Shown here piece by piece: positions 39,357 through 52,329 of a stretch of 64,000 nt of DNA. The stretch is from Camelus ferus (taxonomy: Eukaryota). The notes below the pieces were generated by a model, which saw only the letters and a program-made list of their open reading frames with translations, was not told the origin of the DNA and ran no database searches. The translations under genes and the position numbers were made by a program. The stretch lies in NCBI RefSeq assembly GCF_009834535.1, contig NC_045707.1:50098001-50162000 (forward strand), read 5' to 3'. How positions within the stretch are numbered: the stretch's first letter is position 1; the number at the start of each line of letters is the position of its first letter.

Positions 39357-40846
39357 TAGGTATTGACTAAATGAGAATTTTTATTTATTCAAGTGTTTTT
39401 AAAACATTGTTTTCCAATTCTCTTACAGCCAAAAGCAGTTAAAACTGGGCTGAGTGGACTGGAAGAAACAATGTACAAAAATTGAGATGATTGATACTTG
39501 GTGCTCAGCGGGCACGGCTCTCACCTATTATTTGCAGCACAGTGCTTGAAGCCTGGAAGACCCGCGTGAAAATTCTGGCTTTGCTTTTTCTTTAGGAAAG
39601 GTACTTACAAAGCTTAGTTCCCTTAATTGTAAAAGGTGAACGTAATGTGAATTTGTTTATGAAATTAGCACAGTAGCTGTCAGAGTTAAGTGCTCAACAG
39701 CTGTTTTGCTATTTATCATTTTGTTTCCCTGAGTTGCATTTCCAAACAGGATTAACTGTAATTGTGGAAAAGATACAGGGACCAATGTTAAGTGGCAACA
39801 AATGAAAATGTGAGATTTAATCCAAAGTTAGTACTTCATTTTTAAATTTCAACGGAAAGAATATATAACAGAAACTTGCCTTCCATACACAGAAAACTTC
39901 ACGATTCAGGCCAAAAGTTGGCCACTGAGTAACCCCAGAGGAACTCAGCCTGAGAATACAAATGCCATAATTACCTGAAATAAAAGGCAGGGCGAAAACA
40001 GGAAGTGGGAGAAAGGTCTGGAATGTGAACCAAGTGTCATTAAGACAAAGGCTTCCCTGGAACTCATACTATCCTGGCCTTTCACTATTTGCTTACTGCC
40101 TTTTAGGTAAAAGATAAGGCAGTCCAGAGCCTCATTATCACTTCATTCATGAGTGGAGCAAACTTGGAGTCCGTTGTTTTCCGAGATGGTTTCTATGCAT
40201 TTAAGGGGTGTTAGACTGCACCTCACAGGCCTGCAAGCTTTGTAGTTGCCCAGCCTCAAGACTGAAGAAAGAACCTGGAGTCAGCAGGGATGTCAATGGT
40301 TTATTGGCCAGGGAATCTTACACATCCAAACCAAGAGGTCCGGGAGTGACACCCCACCGTATATGGCAGACAGGACATGGTAGCCATCTTTGCTACCGGC
40401 GGGAGGAGGCGGCTCCCATCAGCTTCCAGGGAAACCAGCAGCTGGGGCACGTCTCTCGGCCCCTCAGGTTAATGAGCACCACGAAGGCAGCCGTTTCCCT
40501 TTAATAAACGAGCAGGTGGAGCCGTTCTGGTCTAAGGATTAGATCAATCACGAGCTGGGGCCGGGGGCAAGCACGTTCACGTGAGTGGGCTGTAGGTTAG
40601 GCAGGGATGTACAAAGAGTAAAAGAGCAGCCACCTCGAGTGGCCTGAGCACACACTCCACCCCGTGCACCCTGTACGGCTCTTGCCACCTTGGCCTGCCC
40701 CTCCCCCACGATGTCTCTGGGGTCAGGGATGAACAGGCACACAGCAACCAAGTGCCACAAACGCAATCAGACAACAGCAGTTAAGGGGTAACAAGAGTCC
40801 AAAAGGTGGGCAAACTTTGGAGCCAGGCACTTATCAGGTCAATTTC

Positions 40847-41197
40847 TCATGGACTGAAGCCAGAGGAGGATGACAACAGCATCTCGCTGCAGGCCCGGCA
40901 ATCAAACTCATTCCACAGCGAGGCCACTGCTGTTGCCCAGTCGGTGAACAGACCCCTCCCGCTCAGACTAGGGATGACATGGAAGGTGTCCGACAGGCAC
41001 GGTACCAGAAGATCATGGCCATTAAGCAAACTACAAGCAGTAACAGGGTTCTGCACTAATACTGCCCCTGCCTGGGGTTCATCCTGGCCTGCAGTACCGT
41101 TCTGCCTGTCCACCCTTAGTCCCCACAGCTGGTGCCAAATACTGGAGAGGCCCAGAACAACAGAGCCCAAGGTTAACACAATGGTGCCTTTCTCCAC
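40847..41197 (-). pseudogene. env: env SU N-terminal remnant
   Basis: Hydrophobic N-terminal segment, then LFTDWATAVASLWNEFDCRACSEMLLSSSSGFSP, resembling the gamma-type SU CxxC region; located between integrase remnant and PPT. Confidence 0.6.
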
Positions 41198-42294
41198 CCT
41201 TACGGGTCTGGATTAACTACTTTAGCAGTCTTAGGTGGGGCCGGGTACCTAAGACGTGGAACCTACTAGTCCTTTTCTAATCCTCTTCCCCATGGGGCAG
41301 CAAACCCAAACCACCGGGGACTTACCTGCCAGTCCCAGGGCCGCTTTATAACGTGTTTCTCTGAGGGTAGAGCCTGTGGCAAGGGGAAACGTGGTCATTG
41401 TTCTGACCAATAGCTGGCAACTGTCCTTCAGGGGTCAACAGTTGAACTCAGATTGTGTTTTGACTAGTTGCCTCTGGGTTAACCTGGCAGAGACACTGGG
41501 ACCACTGTGCCTGGGGTGCTCAGTTACAACTCATAGGGCTTGAATCAGCCCCCCATCCCTGTGTTGAGAGAGCACATTTCCATCTGAATCGCTAAGTAGC
41601 CCCCTCATCCTTTCCATCAGCCTGGGGGCAGTATGGTTGTAAGGTAGGTGGAAATGCTTGCGTGTGTCATTTTCATAGCCCCATTCCCTGAACTTCACGG
41701 CCAGTAAAGTGTGGGGTTTTTTTTGCATTGCTGGACTAATTCAGGTTGGCCTTTTGTAAGGACTTCCACCTGTCCTCAGGCACTACAGGCTGCATAGAGC
41801 TGTTGTTCCCTCACACTATATCGTCACTCTGTCCCCTTCCATAGCTGGGACCAGAGGCCCAAGGGTACTCATTACTTTGCTGTTGCCAAAGGCCCCAACC
41901 AAACCCTTCTGGGTAACCGGCCACGTCCAATTCACAAGTCTGTCCCTGTAATTGTTCAGGGGTGGTGGGTCTGGGGTATGCCTGTATTTTGTAAACAATC
42001 CAGGACCTTGGGTTTTGTCTGTATTCACCAGCCATCCCTGTGCTGTGAGTGCCAGGCTGCTACCTTAAACTGGAAAAAAGACTGAGGTTAACAGGATATT
42101 TCAACATAACAGAAGAGAAAGACATCTCTCTGGCAGCCAGCTGGCCCAGGGCCCACGTGCTAGAGGACGCAGCCCTGGGACTCCCCCCACGGCTTTCAGG
42201 CCCCACAAGCCAGTGGACAGCCAGGAGCTCCCTGGAATGCTCCAGTCCTGTCCGCGTTTCCCGACACCTTGGTGCTCACGGGAGTCTCCTCGGC

Positions 42295-42312
42295 CTCTTG
42301 GCCGGCTTGCCA
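42295..42312 (-). promoter_or_regulatory. Primer-binding site, tRNA-Arg(ACG) type
   Basis: Minus strand TGGCAAGCCGGCCAAGAG versus TGGCGAGCCAGCCAGGAG (15/18). Confidence 0.72.
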
Positions 42313-43299
42313 ATGGTTGGGCTGCACCCCGAAGGCCTGCAAGGCCTGGACTTGCCCAGCCTTGAGTCTGAAGGAGGAGCTCGGAGACAGCAACGGACAC
42401 ATCAGTGGTTTACCGCACAAGGGGTCTTACCTGCCCAAACCGCGACGTCCTGGAGTGACACTCGCGCGGTGTGGAGCCGCGCGCAGGACGCGGCAGCCAT
42501 CTTCGCGCCTTGGGCCGGGGTGGGGGAGGGGAGTGCCCATTTATAGGGCAACTGCCGTAAGGCGGGCTCATCAGTTACCAGGGAAACCAGCAGCTGGGGC
42601 ATCTCCCTCAGCCTCTCAGGTTAACGACCATCACGAGGGCAGCTAGTGCCCTTTAATAAACTGCAGGTGGAGCCATTCTGGCCTAAGGACTAGAACACTC
42701 ACTAGCCGGGCCGGAAGCAAGCACCTTCACGTGAGTGGGCTGTGGATAAAGCAGGGGCTGGCTGACCAGGGGATGTACAAAGAGCAACAGAACAGCCATC
42801 TTGAGTGTCCTGAGCACACAAGAGGATTAGAAGATATACTGTCCCTGGGTAGAAATATTGGACTGCTGAGAAAAAAAAAAAAAAAAGAGTATTTGGAGGT
42901 TACTGACAAATAATTATGCTCAACTCATGAGCAAATTTAATGATAAAAACAGATGGGTCTATAGTAGATATTTAAGTCGAATTACATCAATACACTATAT
43001 GCTTCATTTTCCCTGATGGCGTGCCCAACATTTTGCTCCAGCAAGTCATGAGGTCTTAGACTTCATGCACCAGAGGATTTATGAATGTACACTGAATCTA
43101 GGAACACAGCGTAACTGCCAGGTTTTCTGTCTTCCATAAGCCCCAACTATGACTCAGCCAGATAACACAATGGTAGCCTGGTCTTACTAGGAAAATAGGT
43201 CACTGGCTTGCCAAGAGGCAGAGGTTGATAGAGGTGGAGAGGGTGTGTTTAACTACTTTTTTCTTTGCAAAATCTTATCAGAATCTTGCCTTTTCTTTT

Positions 43300-44060
43300 G
43301 AGTCAAATCTCAGGCATGTTCCTATTAAAGATAAAGACTCTGATTTGAGATTCTCATAATAAGGTAGATTTCACAACAAAAGCAGTAAAGAAAAACAGCT
43401 CAGTCATCTAAAACTTCTAAACTGATAAAGCAAAAAGTATATGAATAGGAAAAATCGGCAGAAATGCAATATATAATATATAATTAGGAATATCAACAGT
43501 TCGGAAGTAGAATTTAATTAATCCACACGACATAAAGTGATATAAAATTAATAAGGCAGATTTAACCTATGTGCCAGAAACTACATGGAAATACAAGCAA
43601 GCTTGGTTTTGTGCCCAAGTGTATTTTAGGTAAAAATTGACCATATTCTGTACCACACAGTTTAAGTTAAACTCTGCATTCTATATATCCAGAAAATAAA
43701 TCAAAAAATTAGAAATAACAAAATAAAATACTCAATCACACAGAAAGTATGAAAAAAAAAAAAAACTCAACTAAATAATATTCTGGCCAGAGGGCCAAAA
43801 TGTACTGAAGAATATTTTAAAATACAAATAGAAATGCAATATGTCAAATTAGATGGGATACTGCCAAAACAATAAAAGTACAAACCAAGCATCTCCCTAA
43901 AAATGTAAAAAGTGATCAAAACAAGTAAAAGGAAAATACAACAAACCTGTATAAGGAAATGTGAAAAACTGTTGGTGTTTTGAACATTTTTAAGTGAATC
44001 ATTAACCAGAAGAAAAAAAAAACTTGTTTTTGCTTCAAAAGGAGTTAATAAAAACATGGT
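43300..44060 (+). mobile_element. Ancient L1 ORF2 remnant
   Basis: A-rich, with L1-like phrases (aaaattgaccatattctg, aaaattagaaataacaaa). Confidence 0.5.
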
Positions 44061-47000
44061 TAACTTAAAATTTGGTCATTTAGGTTACCATTGAACATTT
44101 TTAAAGTAAGTATCAGCCATAAGTCAGAATGTGAAAATTGGAGAAATCTAATGGAAATGTGATTTATGTTACTGTTTATTTTGAGAGTTTTCTTTTAGTG
44201 GCTCTTGAATAGCAGCTCAGTATGCACTTTTAATCTAGCGTGGTGTTGACAGGAGATGGAACGTCAGGCTGGCTTTTATGGAGCTGCTTTGACACAGTTC
44301 TTTTTACTGCCATGCCCTAATCCTTCTGCAGACTCCTGGTTTGGAAGCAGACGTGTGCCTGGGACAAGTCTGAAGTCTGTGACCAGGAAATTCTTTCCTC
44401 CCGTCTCATTCTGTGAACAGTAGTTTCTAAGAGCTCTCATTAAGAAAATTAATCACCCGTCTCATTCTTCTACCTCTGTTCCAAAAGTGACACAAAACCA
44501 GGAGCTGGCAGGATGAGAATGGCATCTATCCACTTCTAAATATTTACTTCAAAATGATTTCGTGTTAGCAAGATGACACATGTAAAAGCTCTTGAAAAGA
44601 AAAAAAAATTTGGTATGTATCACATTCAGATGAGACGCCACTCTGCCTTACTCAAGAAACCATTACTGTTTGTCCAAGATACTCCAGGGGCCAGGAGGAC
44701 AGAGAAGGAGAAGCACGTCAGTGGGGTAAGGACTCGGGGAGCTCTCTGCTGAATACACAGGGGGACCCCGCCGCGACTGGGCCAAAGGGCTTCTTGTTGA
44801 GTTGACTTCAGAAATACTTTTGCATCTTGTAATTCTAACGAAATACAGCCGCTATCTTATTAGGTTGTTTCCTCTGCTTAATCCCCAAAGGAAATCCCTT
44901 TGCTTTTCAAGGATAAAAAGTTAGCAGAACAAAGAGAAACTCAGGGGAAGCGCCTGAGCTTTTGCTACAGAATTTCACTGAAGCCTTTCCAAGACCCGAG
45001 GATGGGACCCGAGGGCTATTCACTGTTGATTCCTACACCTGGACCGAATGTCAAGGTCTGCGAGGAGATGAATCATTTAGAAACCCGGCGTTCTTGCAGG
45101 GCGCTGTCGCTTTTGTAGAACTCTAACAACAACTGTGTCGAAGGCAAAAATCACATAAAAAGTTCAAAGCTGTTAAATCCTCTTTCAGCAAGTAAGACTC
45201 AGAATTGCTGAGGGCAAAGACCCGCAGTGTCTGGTGATGTTGATCATTCTTTCTCTGAAAAGAAGAGATTAAAGATATGACACAGGGAGAGAAGAGACAA
45301 AACCGCTTGAGGTGGCAGTTCTCACTCAGGGAACGCCTGTCTTCTTCATTTTCGTTTCCACTTTGTGCTTAAATGGAGTGATTTAGGCAAAAGAAACAGA
45401 ACTTGATTTTGAACCATAGAAATCATGATCAGGAGAAACGCGTACACGAAAGGAGTTGTGGGCACCAGGCTCCCAACTTAGTTATTTCCGATACAGTACA
45501 CGCTTATTCAAGAGAGCACATCCCAGCTCAGCTCACACGCAAGGGTGTTCCGGAATCAGCAATGGGAAGTAGTTACACCGTCGCTGTAAAAAGCGAGAGG
45601 TGATAAAATCCTACATTTATTCACTGTTGATATAAGCATTTGATGTTTTAGATGGACTGGAATAATCCAGTTGCTGTAAAGCCAAAACGTCTTGTAAGCA
45701 GCTCTTCCCAGCCCCTGCTCTGTACCCCCTGTTATCTACTACTGTTGATCAGGTTGGCTGCTGGCTTAGCCAGAGTTGCAGACTGGCATTCAGCAGACGT
45801 GTTTTGTTTGGCCTCTGTAGTATTTTTTTTTAAAATTATGTGTCCAGGTTTAAAAAGCAAACAATTTCACATGAAAATCCAGATTTCTGGCTTCCATTGA
45901 AAAATAGGAAGAACTGGTATTATATGAATGTCATACAATACACATTACATTTTATAGCTTACATCGGTCCATATCAGGCATCCAGTTTCACATGGTGCTG
46001 CCTTCCAGTCCACTTGTCTGCTTGTCTTTGGGGTCTGGACCTGCTGTGTTGAATCAGTATCTGAAGAGTGTGGCTTGTGTGTCTCAGAGGTACAGCTCTC
46101 ATGATCCTGAAGGCTTGGAAATGGTAGAACTAAGGAAACACACTTCTTCATTTGGAAGAAACAGAAATACTGTGACAGACAAGCGCCAGAACCTGGGTCA
46201 CGAGCACAGTCCCTTCACGCCTGAGCCAGCCCTCTTTCCACTGTTCTAAGCTGCCTCCTTTGGTTTACATTTCAAAACGATAAATATATTTCAAAAACCA
46301 TAGAGCTTTAAAATAATCATATGTTAAAAGTGGGGAAAAGAAAGAAAAATCACACTCTGTATGATAAGAACAGTGTTAACGTGTTGAGAAAAGACTTTGG
46401 GCAGCAGCATTGGGGAATTTTTTTTTCTATTTTCCAAACTTTCTTAATAATTATGTATTAATTTTTATAATGAAGTAAAACTGTATTTTGAAACATTCTA
46501 AACAAATCGAAGCAGACGCTTTGCCTGGTCGTGACCATCCCACCTCCCTGTGCCAGAAACTCACTTCCTCTTGCTTCCCCGCCTGAGATGGGAGGGGAAG
46601 TCTGGGGGTGGCCCAACATTTTCAGAACCTTCAGTCTTGAACACAGTGGTGGGAAAGTGCCAAGCAGAATTCTGGAGGCAGAGTTACAGATTCTAACCTT
46701 GAGTGGAAAAGAAGAGAAAAAAAAAAAAAGCCAAACAAAAGCACAGGCCTTTTGATGCACCCAGTTACAGCGACCTGCATTCGACAATATCCTAAAGTTG
46801 ATGCAACCAGTAGGTTTTCTATTCCCTGCAGCCAAAAAATATACATAAGAACATTGAAATTTTCTTTCAGGTACTTACCTTCCAAATCCTATGGAAGCAA
46901 ATTGAAATAGGAGCCAATCCTTTTGATTATCTTGCCCAATGAAGAGGAGTCATCAGGAGATCAGTAGAAAACTCCTCATCGTGTTCCCCTCAAGGGCATA

Positions 47001-47319
47001 CAGAGCATCTTCCATTTTCATTCATTCTTCACAGGTTTGGTTTTAACAATCCTTTTGGGAGTCCTGGGGCCGATCAGGTAGGGAAATCCTTGCCCTGATA
47101 ATTCAAAAAGCTGAAAAGAAGGTATATGTTTGATTTCCTAAAAGTGTTCTGCTTACGCTGGAGACGCAGAGCACACACTTAGGATGGGCTGCCTGTTTGA
47201 TGCGCTTCATTTGTGATGCTGGTTATTGGAGGTGAGGAGGTGGGACTAAGAACTTTAGAGAGAGGCTGGCGGAGAGAGAGGAGGGCCGAGAAGCTGCAAC
47301 AGCTGGCAGTCATTTCAGA

Positions 47320-47620
47320 AGGATGGTTTAAATGTTTGGAGATGGTTACCCTGGAGAAGAGAAGACTTGGAAAACACGAGAACTCTTAGTTAAACTCTTG
47401 TGGGTTCAAGGATTGGAGATTCCTTCGATATGTTTCTTGTGATGCTGAAATTTTTAGAAGGATACATGTGAAGATAAAGAAGGTAAGAATCACGGAGACA
47501 ATGCCCAGCAGGGGCCAGTGGAGGGGAGGCCAGCTTACCCCTTGGCAGGGAAATTGTAGCTTAGAATAGAAGATGGAACACTTAAGACCAGCTCCTACCC
47601 TGAGACGCTATGAGCCTGTG
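47320..47620 (+). mobile_element. Possible CR1/L3 LINE 3' remnant
   Basis: ccctggagaagagaagactt and ...cctaccctgagacgctatga resemble CR1 3' motifs. Confidence 0.4.
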
Positions 47621-47923
47621 ATTTTCACCTGCTGAACTGGCTGGTCACTGCAGAAGTAACTCTGGGACCAGAGGAGACTCACACATCTGAGATGGCCTTG
47701 AGGAGTCTTGTGCCTCAAGGCTCTGACTCTTCTCTGAGGCAGCTATTCGACAAGAAATAGGCTTAAGGGGTCACTTGTATCCCAAAGTGACCCTAAAAAA
47801 TTTTAAATCCAAGTCATTACTAGGGTTGGATTAAAAGAGTAGCAAGTACTTGATGGTAGGAGGCCTAAGTCTCTCAGCTGGTGTCACTATTTTGAATTGA
47901 ACCAATAAAGTCCTCACATTGAG

Positions 47924-47946
47924 AGTGTGTGTGTGTGTGTGTGTGT
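47924..47946. repeat. (GT)n microsatellite
   Basis: Direct observation. Confidence 0.9.
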
Positions 47947-50099
47947 ATGTGTTTGATCTAACACACCTCATCACATAGTAATTTATCAAATGAATTAGAC
48001 AGTAACTTAATAACAAGGGGCTGATAACTTCAAGAATGGCAACCAGAGTAGCTGTAGGAGTAACTTGTGACATTAATTTTTGGTAATTTCTTGGGTCTTT
48101 TCCTCTGGGGCAGTATTTAGGGGAAGGAAAAGAAGCAGGGGCAGGAACAGAAGGAAGGAGAGCAAGTGTTTAACCAGGCACCTGCTCTGGGACAGGCCTG
48201 GGCACTTTCCAAGGCTCCCTACAGTGAGCAGGCTGAGCCCTAGGACCTGTCTCTCACCCACCCAGGGTGATGGTCCATCTTCAAAAGCCAGCTGTGGTCC
48301 TCTGAAAGCACAGCGCTTGTGGCATTAACATGGACTATTTCCTGGGAAGGAGGGAAAATCCGACCCATGTTGATTTCTGTTCTTTGTTTGCATGAGATCA
48401 AACTCAAGCTTGGATGAGTATTGGCAACTTCTTGGCTGTAGCCCAGCTGACCCAGGCAAAGTTACTTACAAATATCTGAATTCACTGATGCTCTTTGGGA
48501 ATTACTGCAAGTGTAATAATGACACATTGCTCAGTTCTTAGCACTTTGTGAGGATCTGCCTTGAGAAGGATTTTACTTCAAAATTAGGAGGCAAAAGGTT
48601 GAGATGAAGGCTTAAAGAAAAACCACCTTTGGAATTCAGCCTCCAGTGGGGGAACTGGCGAGCAATCTGTGTTCAGTCTTCTTTTCAGAAGTGTCCTGAT
48701 TGTAGCTGTGCTCCTGGAGACCCGGGCTTGCTGGGTGTGGCTAAAGAAAAAGAAAAATCCAACTGTGGGAAAGCATGCGAAGAAAAGAAGAAAAGAAAAA
48801 AAATGGAAAAGGCAACTCAATTCACTGGCCTTGTTATCCTCCCTCAGTGGGTCAGCCAGTGCCTCTGCCCCTGCCGTCAACACTCAGAGGACCCCTTCCT
48901 CACCCCAGGACAGGCTAACCAGGTGTGGAACTGCCTGAAATGCTGGTGATCATCTCGGGAGCCTTTTGTGGGGAGAGGCTTACCCAGGCCAACTGCAACA
49001 GCCCCAGGCCTCTGCTGGCTTAAGTTCCACCTTGTGGAGGACATCCTGATACCTCCGCCCCCAACATCCATCCCATCCCGTCCCCACTGTGTAGCCACCG
49101 TGTATGAATGGGTGAGCCCCGGCGGGTCCAAGCTAAGCAATCCCATTTCCCTGGATCTGGTGGTTGGTTCAGGAGCAGTCTGAGCAGGATGGGTACAATA
49201 TGTTCTTTGCCTGTCTGTGAAGGCGGAAGGATTAGACCCAGTCGCTGCTTACAGCATCTTCAAATCTGGTGATGGAAGTCCCCCTACAGAGAAACTGACA
49301 CACACAAGAAGGCAGAGCTGCAAGAATAACAAACAGACTGAGCCTGAGGCCCGACTGCTTTCACACCTTTCCCATCAGCATCCTCAGTGGTTCACACAGC
49401 CTTTGGGACCAAGTACCTGGAGAAACACACGGTCACTGGCTGTTATATGATAGATGTTAAGTGGGAGGGAAAGCGTTCCATGGCCAAAAATGTTTGCAAC
49501 ATACTGAATGACACAAAATGCAGCCATCTGTAAGCCATTTAGAAACGAATCCATTTTATAAATGTCCAGGAAGGAGCGGCTACATGAAGCATTATGTAGA
49601 CTTTTTCAACTCAGAACCAAACGGACTATTTGTTCTTGTTGCCGTTTGTTTTCTGAGAACATATTAGCGTTTCAAGAAACAGTCTGGAAAGCTTTGCTGA
49701 ATCACTGTCAGGTATTTACACCCTAGGAAGTAGCAAGGGAGAGAAGACAGCAGGCACTGGACTTGGAATGTGAGAGAAGCCAGGACAAGAAGCAGAACTG
49801 CATCCTTCCCAGACCTACCCCAAAGCTCCTGGAACTGAGAGGACTTGCTCAGAGGGTGATGTGCTGGCTGGCTGTGCACCATCGACACCCCGGCCCCGGC
49901 CCATATGCAATTCAGCAGGCCTGCAGGGGCCCAGGCAAGGGATATACATATATAATACAGATCTAAATAGATAGATGTTATCTTTCTATATCTTAGACAT
50001 AATATAATAGCTATCCATAGATACAGATATTTGCTACAGACACTTTTGCTTTATTATTATCTACGTATCTATCTTTCTCTACCATCTGTCTAGCTAGCT

Positions 50100-50720
50100 A
50101 GTCTATTTTCTTGAAACAATTGAAAAGTTGCAGACAGGAAGCCCCAGTCCCACCAGAAGTGTCAATGTGAATTTACTAAAAGACAAGGGCACCCTTCTGC
50201 ATGATACCCACAATTCAGCCACCAAAAGCAGGAAGTTAGATTTATATAGTATCACTATGTAATCTGTTCATCCCACTCACATTTCACCTTTGTTCTAATA
50301 TGTACCCCCAATTTTTTTTCTTCTGTTTCTCGTTCCAATTCAGGATAATGTGTCACATTCACTTTTTTTTCCTTTCTTTTTTTTATTGATTTATAATCAT
50401 TTTACAATGTTGTGTCAAACTCCAGTGTAGAGCACAATTTTTCAGCCATACATGCATTCACTTTTGATGTCTCTTTCGTATTATTCAATCTGGAACGATT
50501 CTTCAATCTGTCCTTGTCATGATGACCTCTAAATTTTTGAGGATTTCACACCAGTTATTTAGTAGAATCTCCCTCCATTTGGATTTCTATCATGTTTCCT
50601 TATGGTCAGTGCTATTTGCATTTTGGCAGAAATTATCATGGAAGTGGGGCTGTGTTTCTCTCAGTATGCCACATCAAAGGACACAATGTCAATCTGTCCC
50701 ATTCTTGGAGATGCTTATTT
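50100..50720 (-). mobile_element. Old L1 (L1MC-like) 3' region containing a younger ~90 bp L1 tail insertion (50366-50454)
   Basis: ttcaatctggaac, agttatttagtagaatctccctc; inner insertion flanked by TSD CATTCACTTT (50356-50365 and 50455-50464). Confidence 0.65.
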
Positions 50721-52329
50721 TGATCTCTGGTCAGAGTCAGGCAGGTGTATTTAAAATAATAAACTTGAGCTAAAATGCCACCATCCCAACTACAGAGTTA
50801 CCTTTGCTCCAGCCACACACAAGACGACAGGAAAAGAGCACAGAATGAAAAGGAAAGCGCAAGAAAGTGTATTACTGAGGACAACCAGACTTTCTCTGTT
50901 CAATAATTTCCTTGATTATGAGTGAGGAGAAAAACATGGTTTTTCTTTTTCTCCCTTTGAACAGAAAAGGGCATGTTATGGTTGGCACATTCAGGAAGTA
51001 TCAAGTTTGCTGTTAAACAGATTATGAAACAAGTTAACACAACATCAAACCATGAGATTATTCTAGGTCATGTTTCTGTCGCTTATTCAGTCACCTATCT
51101 GCGTGAATCAATTTTAACCTCCAAAGTTATCCAGTGTGTAATCCAAACATTCATAGTGCATTAAGTTGCAAGTGGATCAGAGAAATGCCACCTTGGGGCT
51201 GGAAATTCCAACTGTGGAGCAGCTGTTTCAAAGGTAGGTGGCACCTTTCAGACACAAGGCAGACAGCCTTCTAAAGAACACTCAGGATACCCTGTTTGGA
51301 AGGGGGCAGCACCAGAATCCCTTTCTAGAAGGGGCTTAGAACAGCAATCTGGCTAAAAGAGGGATGGCTAAGGCTTGTCTTCAAGCTATGTCATAGGCAG
51401 AACACTTTTAAAACTTAAATTACATACAACAGATCAATAAAAGTGCGTAAGTCTCCAAATTTGCTTTTAAACCCACCTTATATACTACTGAGACAATGTC
51501 CATTATACACACCAAGTAATACGATTATTTTTATTTGTAGTTTCTTCTATCAGGCCACTGGGCATTATCGATTCAAACCAGGTGGTGTGTCACAATTCAA
51601 GCAAGTCTCAGAACAAAGAGGCCAGATATACGCACCCGTGTTAGCAGCAGGCTGGTGCAAGCCTTGGACAGCTCCCTCTCCGCCACTACAGATGTCAACC
51701 AGCATCTTACAGGCATAGACTGAGGGGGACTTGCTGACATAATCACGGCAGGATTGTATAGGCAACATCTGAGTTCTATCAGGCAAGAGGCTACTGCATG
51801 ATGTGGAGGGACCCAGGCTAAGAGACCTCGGACCTCTTAAGAGTCACCAAAAAAATCTAAAGGTGCCACATGGCAAAGGAACATTGAGCAGGTTCTTATG
51901 TTGTTATTTTCTCATTACAAGCTTCTCATTCTGCTTATTACAGAAAAATCAGGAAATATAATCAATAAAAGTATCGGCGATCCATAATCCAATTTGGCAT
52001 GGACTACCAGTTTTAAACACGTAGATACATATAGACTGACATCGACAAATAAATACATATTTCTAAAACACATGGAAACTTTATACTAAATGTATGCTCG
52101 ATAGCTTTCAATATCAATGTATACACTTGAAAGTCGGCACAGATTAATAAATTGGTTAAATATAACCAATCTGCTACTGTGAGCCTCTTAGATTGTTTGT
52201 AACTTCTTGCTGTTGCAAATAATCGTGCCAGCGAACATCCTGGCAAAGTTCTTTAATCATTTCCTTAAGAAAAAACTTTGGAAGTGATGTTGCCAAGTGA
52301 AACTTCATGCATATTTAAGTTTTCTTTCT

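Larger units (their letters stand above)
40209..42820 (-). mobile_element. Heavily deleted class III-like (ERVL/HERV-S-like) provirus
   Basis: LTRs ~40209-40654 and ~42314-42820; near-TSD AGGGG/AGAGG (5 bp); PPT ggggtggag; integrase remnant WGYENDTRKHFHLPYNHTAPRLMERMRGLL; env-like remnant. Confidence 0.85.

Noticed and set aside
42049..42646. Cluster of 100-165-aa ORFs
   Set aside because: GC-rich LTR/leader sequence of the third ERV, with no recognisable domains.
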